Source: Candidatus Omnitrophota bacterium (GTDB taxonomy: Bacteria > Omnitrophota > Omnitrophia > Omnitrophales > Aquincolibacteriaceae). From it: a DNA stretch of 64,000 nucleotides. The stretch is taken from assembly GCA_903856085.1 (NCBI GenBank), contig CAIOAT010000013.1:295430-359429 (forward strand), in the 5' to 3' direction. This document shows positions 1 to 10,250 of the stretch, piece after piece; positions within the stretch are counted from its first letter, which is position 1, and each line of letters starts with the position of its first letter. Below the pieces are notes generated by a model. That model saw nothing but the letters and a program-made list of their open reading frames with translations, did not search any database and was not told the DNA's origin. Made by a program: the position numbers and the translations under genes.

Positions 1-383
1 TATCGACTATCGTACCAAGTCAGTCTGTCTTGATTAAAGACTATTCCCACGGAGGGCCTCCAGCCAGAACTGCAAATCTGATTTCTAAAATATAAATATT
101 CGTACCTAGAACCGACGCCATAAGTCTGTTGAATGACTTTATACGTCTTTCCTGTAAGAAAATGCAGCCGCTCTTTCAAGCTCTCCCCTCGAATACCTTC
201 CTTTAAAGCAGAGGAGCCTAAAAGAACTATGTCGGGCTTTTCCCGTTGAATCCTGTTCCGGAGCCTATAATCGATCCCTTGACCAGACGGATAAAAGACC
301 GCGGCAAAAAAGAAAACAACAGCAACCAACACGATCGCATTAAAAACAAGCAGCTTGTTAAAACTTGAACTATAAGAAATCAT
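1..383 (-). CDS. N-terminal part of a membrane-anchored SGNH/GDSL-like protein, truncated by the window start; paralog of 880..1875
   Basis: Reverse-strand translation from the ATG at 381-383 (GGAG RBS) gives MISYSSSFNKLLVFNAIVLVAVVFFFAAVFYPSGQGIDYRLRNRIQREKPDIVLLGSS..., collinear with the N-terminus of the 331-aa ORF at 880..1875. Confidence 0.55.
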   Translation of the reverse strand, partial: MISYSSSFNKLLVFNAIVLVAVVFFFAAVFYPSGQGIDYRLRNRIQREKPDIVLLGSSALKEGIRGESLKERLHFLTGKTYKVIQQTYGVGSRYEYLYFRNQICSSGWRPSVGIVFNQDRLTWYDSR

Positions 384-879
384 AGGAATCAACTCCTCCT
401 GCGAAAATCATAAAACCTCGGTCTTTGGCGCCCAGGCTGGGAGGCAAAGAGATCGCTTAAAACAGAAATAGCACGACATCCCACCGGTAAAAGACTGCGA
501 TCACAGTGGTCGACCCGCACACGATCGGGTTTCCAGCATCACCTGATCTCAAAAGCCGGGGCAAGATATCTCCACCCCGCCCCCTCATTTTTTATGCTCT
601 CTTTTATTTCGTCTTTGATTCGCTCTTCGCCTTGCACCAAGTCCCCCTCGTCCGGCTACCGTTATGCTTCGTTTTTATGGACGGTACCATGCGTCCCCCA
701 AGCCATTGCCCTGCCGCCTATCTTGGACTCTCATGACTCGGAAAATCAACCCCTTCATACTTCCGTTTCTAATTCCAAGCTCGACCCTCCCCGAAGACTA
801 CAGCACCCTCCGGAATAAACCAACAAATCTCTCTTCTTTGTGCCCACCACCGAGTGATTCTCTCTTGGTCAAAAAAAGA

Positions 880-1875
880 TCATTTCACAATGCCTTTGGC
901 AACCAATTCTTGCGCCAGCAATTCGTGAAACCGCATAAAACTTTTCATATGCGCGGTATCGAGAAAAAGATCGGGGTTGTTCAGCTCCTCATTATCCCAA
1001 AAGGAAACGTACTTGATTCCATTATCCTCAAGATAATTCTCTAGTTGAGAATAATACCGTTGCTTCTGGTTGTATGAAAACCCTTGTTCAACCTGAGGAT
1101 ACGTGGGAAGCACTGCAACAAAAAGATCGATATTATATTTGTGTTTCAATACCACGATGCGCTGGAGAAGAGAGCCTCCCAGGTCTTTATCAAAACGATA
1201 GTTTGCAGCATAAGGCCCGCCATCGTAGAGATCGGCACCATCCTTAAAACTTCCTACGCGAAACTTCATGCTCAGCACATCCACACCATCAACCGAGGGA
1301 GCTATTTTTTCCAAGATCTCTTTTAAAAAAATATGCAGAAGATCTCTCGATATGTCCCCGGCACATCTCATAAGGAGAATACGCTCTGCCAAAATATCGT
1401 TTACTCCACGCTTGCTCATTAACCCCGGCTGAAAATCAGAAAGCCGCTCCCCTTTCCCAAGCTGTCTCCTGATTTTAGTGGTAATGGCTTTTCGGTTGTA
1501 AAAACGAGTCAGTTTGTCCCGAATTATGACCAAGCCCACGAGCGGTTTCCAGCTGGAATTGCAAACCTGATTCCTAAAGAATAAATAGAAGGGCGCAGAG
1601 CCTTGGTTCTCAACGTGACTGATAATACTGTACGTTTTTCCTTGAAGAGCGCTCAACTGCCTTTCCAGCGCGCCCTCACAAATAGCTGTCCCCAACACTG
1701 ATGTGCCTAAAAGAACGATGTCGGGCTTTTCCTCTTGGATCATGTCCCGGAGCGTATAATCGATTCCTTGACCGTCCGGTGGATAAAACACACCCACAAA
1801 AAAGAAAGACGCAGCGACCAAAATGACCGCACCAAGAATAAATAATCCGTTGAGAATTGAAATACGTGAAATCAT
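880..1875 (-). CDS. Membrane-anchored SGNH/GDSL-like hydrolase-fold protein (DltD/AlgJ-like), possibly polysaccharide O-acyl modification
   Basis: 331-aa ORF with an N-terminal TM helix, DIVLLGTS (GDS-like block I) and a C-terminal DTAHM (DxxH-like block V). It sits next to glycosyltransferase genes. Family assignment is inferred from motifs only. Confidence 0.5.
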   Translation of the reverse strand: MISRISILNGLFILGAVILVAASFFFVGVFYPPDGQGIDYTLRDMIQEEKPDIVLLGTSVLGTAICEGALERQLSALQGKTYSIISHVENQGSAPFYLFFRNQVCNSSWKPLVGLVIIRDKLTRFYNRKAITTKIRRQLGKGERLSDFQPGLMSKRGVNDILAERILLMRCAGDISRDLLHIFLKEILEKIAPSVDGVDVLSMKFRVGSFKDGADLYDGGPYAANYRFDKDLGGSLLQRIVVLKHKYNIDLFVAVLPTYPQVEQGFSYNQKQRYYSQLENYLEDNGIKYVSFWDNEELNNPDLFLDTAHMKSFMRFHELLAQELVAKGIVK

Positions 1876-1979
1876 AGGCGTTAACTCCTGCGAAGATCAT
1901 TAGCCATAGGCCCGCGAAAGCGTAAAATAAAATCTGGCTTCGCCGCATCGTCCGGGCAATTCAACGAATCTTTTTTTGC

Positions 1980-2198
1980 CTACCCACGGGGGTTATTGAG
2001 CTCCTGGTAATCCCAAAAAGAAATAAATTTGATCCCATTGCCCTCAAGGTAATTCCCCAGTCTAGAATAATGTCGCTTCTTCTGATCGTATGAACACCCT
2101 TCGTCAATCTGAGGATAAATGGGGAGCGCTACGGCGAAAAGATCGATGTTGTATTTATGTTTTAATGCTACGATGCGCGGAAGAAGTGATCTCTCCAT
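1980..2198 (-). pseudogene. Remnant C-terminal fragment of the SGNH-like paralog family
   Basis: The 72-aa ORF aligns with the last ~70 residues of the 880..1875 protein (RIVALKHKYNIDLF...YSRLGNYLEGNGIKFISFWDYQELNNP versus RIVVLKHKYNIDLF...YSQLENYLEDNGIKYVSFWDNEELNNP). No upstream coding continuation. Confidence 0.55.
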
Positions 2199-2231
2199 CT
2201 GCTTGTCAAAATCATAGCTTCGCCGGCGGGA

Positions 2232-2509
2232 TTACGGAAGCTTAGGCTTTGCCGGCGGCTGCTTTGAGAAAGCTTGGAAGTGGACCCGCTTGACAACGTC
2301 CTTTTTACCATCCTTCTCCCGCTCAACCTGCTTCACGACAAACTGGCCGAGACCCGCAACTTTCACAACCCCGGTTGTTGTCTCCTTGATCTCCCAAGCG
2401 ATCTGCTTGAAGACTTCCCGCAAAAGCATGCACCCTCTTTCGTCATTAAGCTTTTCAAGTTTTGGCTCCACCTGCTTGGCGCAATGCACAAATTCTCTGA
2501 TATCCATAA
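2232..2509 (-). CDS. Divergent HU/IHF-like DNA-binding protein
   Basis: ATG at 2507-2509 preceded by GGAGG. MDIREFVHCAKQV...VAGLGQFVVKQ... resembles the HU fold (N-terminal helices plus the GxGxF arm). The long ORF 2232..2576 has an unsupported N-terminal extension. Confidence 0.45.
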
Positions 2510-2520
2510 CGACCTCCGTT

Positions 2521-5500
2521 TTATTGGTTAAAATGAGAATCAACGACCTTTGATTGCTGCGTTTTTCCAGCCTCAAACAAATTCTTATAGATTCCGGCTA
2601 ATTCTTCCGCCTGATCCGATGGCAGACGCAATCGCTTCCCTGTCTTGACGCCACGAAAGTTCAGGTAGAAATCTTTATTTTTGTTGATCTGACCGAACAC
2701 CTTCATTAAATCTTGATGATCGTCCACCGAGATAACATTGCCATCGATCCCCTCGTGGACATCCGCACCAATCGCTCCCCGGTCCGAGGCAATGACCCAA
2801 ACACCCGCCATTTTCGCCTCCCGCGTTACAAGTCCGTAGCTCTCCGGCCAGGTGGAGGGCGCGACTAATACATCGATCTCACTGTACACCCGGTTGATCT
2901 CTTCCTGCTTCACTCGCGGAATGATCCTCACCTGTGTTTTTCCCCACGTTTCGCGGAGCTCTTCGCCCAGCTCAAGGGCGTGATCGACCACGATGGCCTC
3001 AATACGCTCAAAAACCCCTTTTTTCAAGGCCTCCCGGAATAAAGAAAAACCCTTATGCGGAGGGATACCTCCGACATGGGCTACGCGCACCTTGCCGTGA
3101 GGGCTGGACACTTTGGGCAATATTTCAAAGGGTTCCACGCCATTTTCGTTCACAATAACATTGGTTAAACCCGACGCCCGATAAATTTTCGCGAATGTCT
3201 CAGAAACCGCCAAGACCGCCCGGGCCTGTCTTAAGCACCGTTTCAAAGAGTCCCGGCGATTCATTTCTTCCGGCTTTGCACGGGGGTTAAACGGGTCGAC
3301 CGTCTTGCCATCTTCATCGACTAGAAACTGATGGGACGAGAGCCACCACCCATCATGAACTGTCACTACATAGGGTATTCTCAACGCCTGCGCTCCATCC
3401 ACCACGGAAGCCGTTAAGATTTGAAGGCAATGGAAATGGATGAGATCAAAATTGTACTTCAAATAAAAATCCCGGCAAAAAGCCAACACTTTAGGATCCG
3501 AGTGCTCCTGCCACGGCTTGTCTGGAACATAAAGCTTTGTCACCAGGACATCTCCGAAAACATACTGCTCGACCTCATAGGGAGCCCTGAACCCGGAACA
3601 GTCCGCACAAAGAACATGTATTTCGTACTCACTTCCATATTTCTCCGCAAGATAACTGACCTGCGATTCTGCGATCCGGGTCGCTCCGCCTATCGATTGC
3701 GGAGCAAAGTAAGTATTCACCACCAAGATCCTCTTGCGTTGGTTGGGAGATACGGGGGGCAAATAATGCTGTAAGATCTCTGCCGCGCAAATTTCGCCGA
3801 TCTCTGCCCCATGGTCCGATAAAGCTCTTGCGCAAGCTCTGAACCCTATCCGTTCCCGCAGAGACGCATTGTCGATCAACTGCCCAAGGGCCTTCACCCA
3901 ATCCGCAATGGACGAGGCAAACAACGCTTCCCAGCCGTCGCCTAGAAGAGAACCATAGAGTTCGGTCGGCGTAAGAACAGAGGGAATCCCAAAAGCGGCC
4001 GCCTCCAACCATTTGATCTCACTCTTACAGTCCGTGAGAATGGTCTTTTCCAAGATGGCAACATTAATATCCGCCCTTTTCAGATGCTCCAAATATTCGC
4101 CGTAATCATCCATGAATGGAACCATCAAAATACGATCGGAAAAACGTTCCAAGATTTTCGGGAGCTTAAAATGACCGATCATCTGAACCTCAACCTGTTC
4201 ATATTTCTCCAGGATCATCGCAAAGGCAGGAACGAGGATATCGTAAAAGGCTTCCTTATGCGCCTTGGTTCCGCTTCCATAGAAAATCCTGAGTCGTCCA
4301 TCCTTGCGAAATGGTTTTTCCTGAAAATCGGCGAAAGACAATTTCCCGTCCGTTTTAACGCCTAGCGAAGCCAGCTCCTCCCCGATAAGATTGGGATAGA
4401 CCCAAACAGGTGTCTTTTCGGCAACGCATTGCTGTACCTGTCTGGCCAGCGGAGCTGTGGAAACAATAATGCCGTCACAACATAAAAGCACCGCCCGGAA
4501 AAGAGGAACGTCGAGCATCAAGTGAACATGGGTTCTTTGATCTATTAACTCCGCATACGATGTGAGGGGCGCTGGAAAGTGGGCCCCGTCAAAGATCAGG
4601 TCATCGATATCGTAGAGAACGGGGATCCCCAACCCCTTGGCGTAATAAATAAACCGCAGGACTTCAAATGTGGCTGGCAATCGACACACGACCACTAAAT
4701 CCACGTCGATGAGCCTCGATTGCCATTGTAAACCGCCGAGTTCGGCTTGCTCCAGATAGTCCGTCTTGAGGCCGAGTTTTTTAAAATGTTCTGCCTTCTG
4801 CTTGGCCCGATAGTAGTAGCTCTGCGGGATATAAGGCGTACCTACGATAAGAATCTTGCCAAATCGAGGTCTCATGGGTGTTACGCCGCCCCTTTGCCCT
4901 AGATTCTTTTGAAACAATTCGTTTTTCAATTGGACTAGACGGCTGAGCAAGTCCAACATTTTTCCGCGCAAAATTTGAGCCGCAACCGGATTCTCCAACA
5001 ACCCCAAGGCTGCCGTTTTGTGAATAATGATATTTGAAAAACGGGACAAGATCACATCGATCAACTGAACGGCATAACCTGATGTGGGATCGAATTCATA
5101 GGCCGCCATCACCCAACGAAGAACATAATCCATCGCGTATGCCAGAGTGGAAAGTTCTGTCTCTGCAGCCTCAAAGGCAATGCTCGCCGCCAACATATAC
5201 AATTTAGGATCCGGCAACAATTTTGCGACAGGTTTTCCGCGGACGATCATATCTTTATAGCGCTTGTCCAACTTGCCGCGCATTTGAATGATCGCTCTCA
5301 TAAGGGACGAGTCCGCCGAGAATGACAATTCGTGGGATTTGCTCTGGGGCGCTACATTTCGAGAACGCTTTTTGATCTTCCGCAGATACATGTGAACTTG
5401 ATCCCGGGAAGGATCCTTATGGATAACGACGATTTCCCACGGAGAAGACTTGGGTCGAACAAGCAGGATCAACCCGCCTCCGTGAATTCCATTGGCGGCC

Positions 5501-5757
5501 ATAATATTGACTGTGGTCATTCCCGGAATCGACCCGGCACAAACCCGGCCCTCTTTCTTGCCGAATACAAGCCAATGCCTGATGGCTTTTCCTTTTGTGT
5601 TGATTCCGTTCTGCTCTAAATCCGGGTACATCCGGATGTATTGCTTCCATTGAAAATTGGGATAAAGAAAAAATTGCGCGCCATAAGATCCCAGCATGGC
5701 CAGCCGCGCACTCAGAAAACCTGCTATTTTGTGCCTCACCGATACTCCCCGGCTCAT
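2521..5757 (-). CDS. Large fused glycosyltransferase: unknown N-terminal ~250-aa region plus two GT4 (GT-B fold) domains
   Basis: 1078-aa ORF with two repeats of the GT4-like pattern, including C-terminal EPFGLV/ESYGLV-type motifs (…STWPESYGLVTREAKMAGVWVIAS…). Confidence 0.7.
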   Translation of the reverse strand: MSRGVSVRHKIAGFLSARLAMLGSYGAQFFLYPNFQWKQYIRMYPDLEQNGINTKGKAIRHWLVFGKKEGRVCAGSIPGMTTVNIMAANGIHGGGLILLVRPKSSPWEIVVIHKDPSRDQVHMYLRKIKKRSRNVAPQSKSHELSFSADSSLMRAIIQMRGKLDKRYKDMIVRGKPVAKLLPDPKLYMLAASIAFEAAETELSTLAYAMDYVLRWVMAAYEFDPTSGYAVQLIDVILSRFSNIIIHKTAALGLLENPVAAQILRGKMLDLLSRLVQLKNELFQKNLGQRGGVTPMRPRFGKILIVGTPYIPQSYYYRAKQKAEHFKKLGLKTDYLEQAELGGLQWQSRLIDVDLVVVCRLPATFEVLRFIYYAKGLGIPVLYDIDDLIFDGAHFPAPLTSYAELIDQRTHVHLMLDVPLFRAVLLCCDGIIVSTAPLARQVQQCVAEKTPVWVYPNLIGEELASLGVKTDGKLSFADFQEKPFRKDGRLRIFYGSGTKAHKEAFYDILVPAFAMILEKYEQVEVQMIGHFKLPKILERFSDRILMVPFMDDYGEYLEHLKRADINVAILEKTILTDCKSEIKWLEAAAFGIPSVLTPTELYGSLLGDGWEALFASSIADWVKALGQLIDNASLRERIGFRACARALSDHGAEIGEICAAEILQHYLPPVSPNQRKRILVVNTYFAPQSIGGATRIAESQVSYLAEKYGSEYEIHVLCADCSGFRAPYEVEQYVFGDVLVTKLYVPDKPWQEHSDPKVLAFCRDFYLKYNFDLIHFHCLQILTASVVDGAQALRIPYVVTVHDGWWLSSHQFLVDEDGKTVDPFNPRAKPEEMNRRDSLKRCLRQARAVLAVSETFAKIYRASGLTNVIVNENGVEPFEILPKVSSPHGKVRVAHVGGIPPHKGFSLFREALKKGVFERIEAIVVDHALELGEELRETWGKTQVRIIPRVKQEEINRVYSEIDVLVAPSTWPESYGLVTREAKMAGVWVIASDRGAIGADVHEGIDGNVISVDDHQDLMKVFGQINKNKDFYLNFRGVKTGKRLRLPSDQAEELAGIYKNLFEAGKTQQSKVVDSHFNQ

Positions 5758-6019
5758 CGTAACGATTAGCTAAAGTTAGTTGAAATGCTCTGAAGAATCC
5801 TGGGACCTCCCCTCGAACAGGGCTGTACAACAGCCTCAAGGAAAAGAACCCATGGCCGCAAATAATGTAACAAGGAAACACGGAAAATCAAAGGTAAAGA
5901 TCGACGAGAAAACTAAAAACAGCGCTGCAATAAATCGCAGAAAGCTACCGAGAAGATTTTGAAAAGCCGGGTCGATTTCTGACGACGGAACTTCTCGTGC
6001 CATGCGCGGCAAGAAATGC

Positions 6020-8071
6020 TTACTTGATGAAAAAAACAGGCTGTTGTGCATAACGCGGCGGCCAGGCCAGACTGAAATCCGCATCATCAAGCGTAAGGTT
6101 GGGACTGTAGGCCGGATCATTCACCAGCCGATCCCCCCAGCGTTTTTTCATATATTGAATTTCGCGGGCAAAACGCGCCATTTTTTTCTGAGTATCCTCA
6201 AACCCTCGCGTCGCTGACTCGCGATGCCAAAGCTCTGCGTAAGGCGTCCAAAGATTGCGATATCCGTCCTCGCGGACCCGGAGACAGAAATCGACATCAT
6301 TAAAGGCGATGGGGAGATCCTTCTCATTAAGTCCGCCCACGTCTTCATATATGGATTTTTTGATGACAAGACACGCTCCCGTCACGGCTGAAAAGGATTG
6401 TAGCAGCTCCGCGCGCGCAAAATATCCGGGCAAACCCCGGCCCAATCCCTTATGCGAATGCTCGGCACACCCCTTAAGCCCCGTGATAACACCTCCGTGT
6501 TGCAATGTCCTGTCGGGATACCACAATCTCGCGCCGACCGCTCCCACTCCAGGTTGGATCGCCAAACTGACCAACTCCGACAACCAATCCTCAGAAATCA
6601 CTTCTATATCGTCGTTGATAAGACCGATCAGTTCACCTTGGACCGCTTTGACCGCCGCATTATTCAAAGCTGCGAAATTGAACGGGCGATTATCCCGGAG
6701 CACCCGTACGTTGGATTTGGATGCGATTTCCTTTAAATAGTGAAGTGTCTGCGGATCATCGGATCCGTTATCGATGATCAGAATTTCATAACAAGGATAG
6801 GTGGTCTTCTGGAAGATGCTTTTCACACACTCGCGGATCAAGGGGAATCCGTTTCTTGTGGGAATGATGAGACTGACCTTCGGTGGAATTTCAGGCAACG
6901 CATAACGTACTCGATAACCGTGGGGCACCGGCTCCGCTGTCGCCCGGATTCCCTGCCGCTTGAAATACTCATTCAGAACCCTTTCTCCGGCGTGAAGAGC
7001 GTAGGGTTTAGTGCCCAGATGCGACGCTGTGCTCGAATCGTGCATCCTCCAATGGAAGAGAACCCGGGGGATGTGCTGGATCTTCTTGGCGCCGATGACT
7101 TCTAGACACCTCAGAGCCAGATCATAATCCTGGGCTCCTTCCACGCCTAAACGAAAGCCCCCGACCTCTCGAAGAAGTCGCGTTTTATAAACACCCAGAT
7201 GATTGGTTATATTGTGAGACAGAAAAAGATCATAGTTCCAGTCGCACTTAAAATAGGGTTTTACTCTTTTCCCCTCTTTGTCGATCTTGTCCTCATCCGA
7301 ATAGATCAAGCAGGTTTCAGGATGACGATGGATGGTTTCAGCCACCCAGAACAAAGCGTGTTCCGACAGCAGGTCATCGTGATCGAGTAAGGCAACCCAA
7401 TCTCCCGTGGCAAGCTCCAAAGCACTGTTCGAGGCTGCCGAGATATGCCCATTCTGCTCGCGGAACACTACTTTGATGCGGCCGTCTTCCCTCGTATATT
7501 GTTCCAAAAGAGTCCGGATCGTTGGATCCGTAGAAGCATCGTCTGCAATGCAAAGCTCCCAATGGGGATAGATCTGATTCCGAACGGATTCAATAGCTTC
7601 CTTCAGCCAAACGGGATTCGTATTGTAGACCGGCATCACAACAGAGATAACCGGTCGGGACGGAAAGACCTTGATCTGCTGACGCAGGCTGGCGCGCGCC
7701 TCATCGGTAAGCGTATCGTAGCGACGAATCCACTCCGGGTAATCGTTTAACAAAGAAGCGACCCCAGGCCGCCGTCCTTCGGCTTTCCCATGCCGGGCAT
7801 AATGCTCATAGGGATCCATACCGCTCGCTAAGACATCCGGATTTTCCTTGAGGTAGAACTCGGCATCAAAGGGCGGCCGGTCGATAAGAAACTCCATCCG
7901 ATAATAAAAAGATGGGTAGTGCCTATAAAAAAAATCAGCGACCTTCTGCCGCTGTGCCTGTCTCAGAGGAATCATTCGATAAGCCGCCCAAAGGAACAAC
8001 AAAAACCATTTGAGGAACTTTCTCGCGAATGTTACCAAAACTCCCGCCACGGCCTTGATCCCAGGTTCCAT
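6020..8071 (-). CDS. Tandem GT2 (GT-A fold) glycosyltransferase, two domains
   Basis: 683-aa ORF with two GT2 signatures (VSVVMPVYNT…DDASTD…LDHDD and SLIIPTRNG…IDNGSDD…INDD). Confidence 0.75.
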   Translation of the reverse strand: MEPGIKAVAGVLVTFARKFLKWFLLFLWAAYRMIPLRQAQRQKVADFFYRHYPSFYYRMEFLIDRPPFDAEFYLKENPDVLASGMDPYEHYARHGKAEGRRPGVASLLNDYPEWIRRYDTLTDEARASLRQQIKVFPSRPVISVVMPVYNTNPVWLKEAIESVRNQIYPHWELCIADDASTDPTIRTLLEQYTREDGRIKVVFREQNGHISAASNSALELATGDWVALLDHDDLLSEHALFWVAETIHRHPETCLIYSDEDKIDKEGKRVKPYFKCDWNYDLFLSHNITNHLGVYKTRLLREVGGFRLGVEGAQDYDLALRCLEVIGAKKIQHIPRVLFHWRMHDSSTASHLGTKPYALHAGERVLNEYFKRQGIRATAEPVPHGYRVRYALPEIPPKVSLIIPTRNGFPLIRECVKSIFQKTTYPCYEILIIDNGSDDPQTLHYLKEIASKSNVRVLRDNRPFNFAALNNAAVKAVQGELIGLINDDIEVISEDWLSELVSLAIQPGVGAVGARLWYPDRTLQHGGVITGLKGCAEHSHKGLGRGLPGYFARAELLQSFSAVTGACLVIKKSIYEDVGGLNEKDLPIAFNDVDFCLRVREDGYRNLWTPYAELWHRESATRGFEDTQKKMARFAREIQYMKKRWGDRLVNDPAYSPNLTLDDADFSLAWPPRYAQQPVFFIK

Positions 8072-8134
8072 CTCCGAGAGACCTCTCTTTCCCGGCGGAG
8101 AAATCCGCGGGGATTGTCGCTGTTTGGGTCGACT

Positions 8135-9874
8135 TCAGTTATTCTGAATGCAGGTCTGGTTCTTGCCGGAGGATTTTGCCTTGAGCAGGGCTTCCTGGGC
8201 GCGCTCAACAACCTTTTTGGGATCCTTTTCATCACGACTAAGCACCGACACCCCGACGCTGGCCGTAACTTTGAAAGAGGATCCTCCGGGGGCATGAAAT
8301 TCGAGACGCTCCGTCGCTTTACGGATTCTCTCCGCCACCCCGAAGGCCGCGTTCGCCAGGTTGTAACCCACGAGCAGGACAATGAATTCTTCTTCCCCGT
8401 AGCGACCTGCGATATCCGGCATCGCGCGGCCTTTGGTGCGGATCGCATATTGGATGATCTCCGCAACTTTTTTGAGAACCTCGTCACCGGTTCTATAGCC
8501 GTAGGCTTCATTAATCTTGCGAAAATCATCAATATCCAGAAGGATCACAGCAAAAGGTTTCCGGAAGGTGCGGGAATAGGAAAGCGCCTGCGACAGAAAG
8601 GTATTCACATAGCGCATGACAAAAAGCCCAGTCAGCTCATCGCGCACCGCCAGACTCAGATAATAAATCCGTTCCTTGTATTCCTGGACCTTGGCGACCG
8701 CAAAGGAAATCAGGGAATAAAAGAAAATCAGAAAAAGCGGCGATGCGATTCCGATCAGGACTCCTCCCCGTAAGAAAAGCGCGAACGAGATTGCGATCCA
8801 AATACCCGCCAGCAGGATCACGCGCAAAATCGAAAACACGCTCCGGAAAGCGATCAGGATAAACCCGGTTAAAAGCGCGAGCAAAAAAAGAAGCGCAGAA
8901 AAAATCTTGGGCGAAAGAACGTGAAGGTACTGCCGGGTCAAAAGGGTGTTGATAATATTCCCGAGCGCCCCAATGCTCGGGCTCGCTGCCTCAAGCGGCG
9001 TCATCTTGAAATCGGAAACGGTCATGCCGATAAGACAGATCTTTCCTTTAAAATCCCTGGCGGTGATCGGCGCCTTTTTGCCCTTGGAGACCAGAGCGTA
9101 ACTGTTCAGTACATCCACGAACGGATAATAACCGGAGGAATCGTTCCAGCGCTTGGCCCAATGAATGAGAAGATTGTTCTGGTCGTCGCGCGGAAAATCG
9201 CACCGCTCCATCGTCGGCACGGGTTTCCCGAGGAAATCGTACGCGACCCGGATCCCGAGATGCGGTACGAGCTCTTTGTTGAACTTCACGAAGGGATACA
9301 CGCGCCGGATCACGTTGTCAGGGTCCTGGTTGTAATTGATATGCCCAATCCCCCGAGCGGCCGCGCTATAAACCTGCGCCGATTGGTTGATGTAATAATA
9401 GTTCCTGAATCCCTCCGAATCGAAAGAGATCGGCAGATAAAAATTGGGCGTTTTCTTAAATTCCTCAAGAAGCGCCTGATCATCCTCAGGCGTATCCTTC
9501 TCCTCAGAAAAGAAAAGATTGAACACGATGGCCTTCGCGCCCCATTCCCGCAAAATACGCGTCATCGCCGCGTAGTAGCGCTTGGGCCAGGGAAAAGGCC
9601 GTATGGCCTGCAGGCTGCTCCTGTCGATCCCGATGTAGACGACCGCCGGATCAACCATGGGGGCGGGTTGATATTTGAGGAACTGATCGTAAACGTGATC
9701 ATCGAAAGACCGGAAGGTCTGGGTCCCTGAAAAACTGAGCGAGAGAACGAATACCAGGATAAATCCAAGGATCTGGATTATGCGAAGAGGCGTAAAAAAA
9801 AGAACTACCTGCCTCAGGGGTTCGGTCGAGTATCCCTGGCGTTTTTGAACAAGTCCTGTGGGCTCTTTTTCCAT
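8135..9874 (-). CDS. CHASE2 sensor-domain diguanylate cyclase (GGDEF, active-site GGEEF)
   Basis: 579 aa with an N-terminal periplasmic CHASE2-like region between TM segments and a C-terminal GGDEF domain (…RYGEEEFIVLL…). Confidence 0.75.
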   Translation of the reverse strand: MEKEPTGLVQKRQGYSTEPLRQVVLFFTPLRIIQILGFILVFVLSLSFSGTQTFRSFDDHVYDQFLKYQPAPMVDPAVVYIGIDRSSLQAIRPFPWPKRYYAAMTRILREWGAKAIVFNLFFSEEKDTPEDDQALLEEFKKTPNFYLPISFDSEGFRNYYYINQSAQVYSAAARGIGHINYNQDPDNVIRRVYPFVKFNKELVPHLGIRVAYDFLGKPVPTMERCDFPRDDQNNLLIHWAKRWNDSSGYYPFVDVLNSYALVSKGKKAPITARDFKGKICLIGMTVSDFKMTPLEAASPSIGALGNIINTLLTRQYLHVLSPKIFSALLFLLALLTGFILIAFRSVFSILRVILLAGIWIAISFALFLRGGVLIGIASPLFLIFFYSLISFAVAKVQEYKERIYYLSLAVRDELTGLFVMRYVNTFLSQALSYSRTFRKPFAVILLDIDDFRKINEAYGYRTGDEVLKKVAEIIQYAIRTKGRAMPDIAGRYGEEEFIVLLVGYNLANAAFGVAERIRKATERLEFHAPGGSSFKVTASVGVSVLSRDEKDPKKVVERAQEALLKAKSSGKNQTCIQNN

Positions 9875-10250
9875 GGTTCCCTCGTCATTATTAAATGGGG
9901 TTTAAAGGAATTCGAACTATGTAACGGCCAGAACTCTCCTTCTATTAAACAATAAACGTGTAGTTGTGACCGTCCAAACTTTTATTTCTTTTTCAAAATG
10001 GCTGTTGGGAAGGCCCGATTTTCAACCTGCGTTGAAATTGACAAGTATTAAGACCGCCCCAATCTCCGCCTTACTTCGATTGAAAAGCATTGGGACGGCC
10101 ATACTGAGCTAAAACCTACTTTCTTCCAAGAAAATTTTTTCGAAAAAATCCCTGCATCTTGGGGGAAGCTACAGTATAATCTCGCTCTACATAAAAGGCG
10201 CGATCATGGCGCCCGCGTTCTCAGCGGACCTTTAAAGATTGAGGAGAATT

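Noticed and set aside
2232-2576. Full 114-aa version of the HU-like ORF
   Set aside because: The upstream 22 codons have no RBS. An internal ATG with GGAGG gives a typical ~92-aa HU-sized product.
5417-5881. 154-aa minus-strand ORF overlapping the 5' end of the GT4-GT4 gene
   Set aside because: Alternative frame of the glycosyltransferase N-terminal region, with no independent support.
8921-9730. 269-aa plus-strand ORF
   Set aside because: Antisense to the CHASE2-GGDEF gene, which has clear domain signatures. The translation is Arg-rich and featureless.
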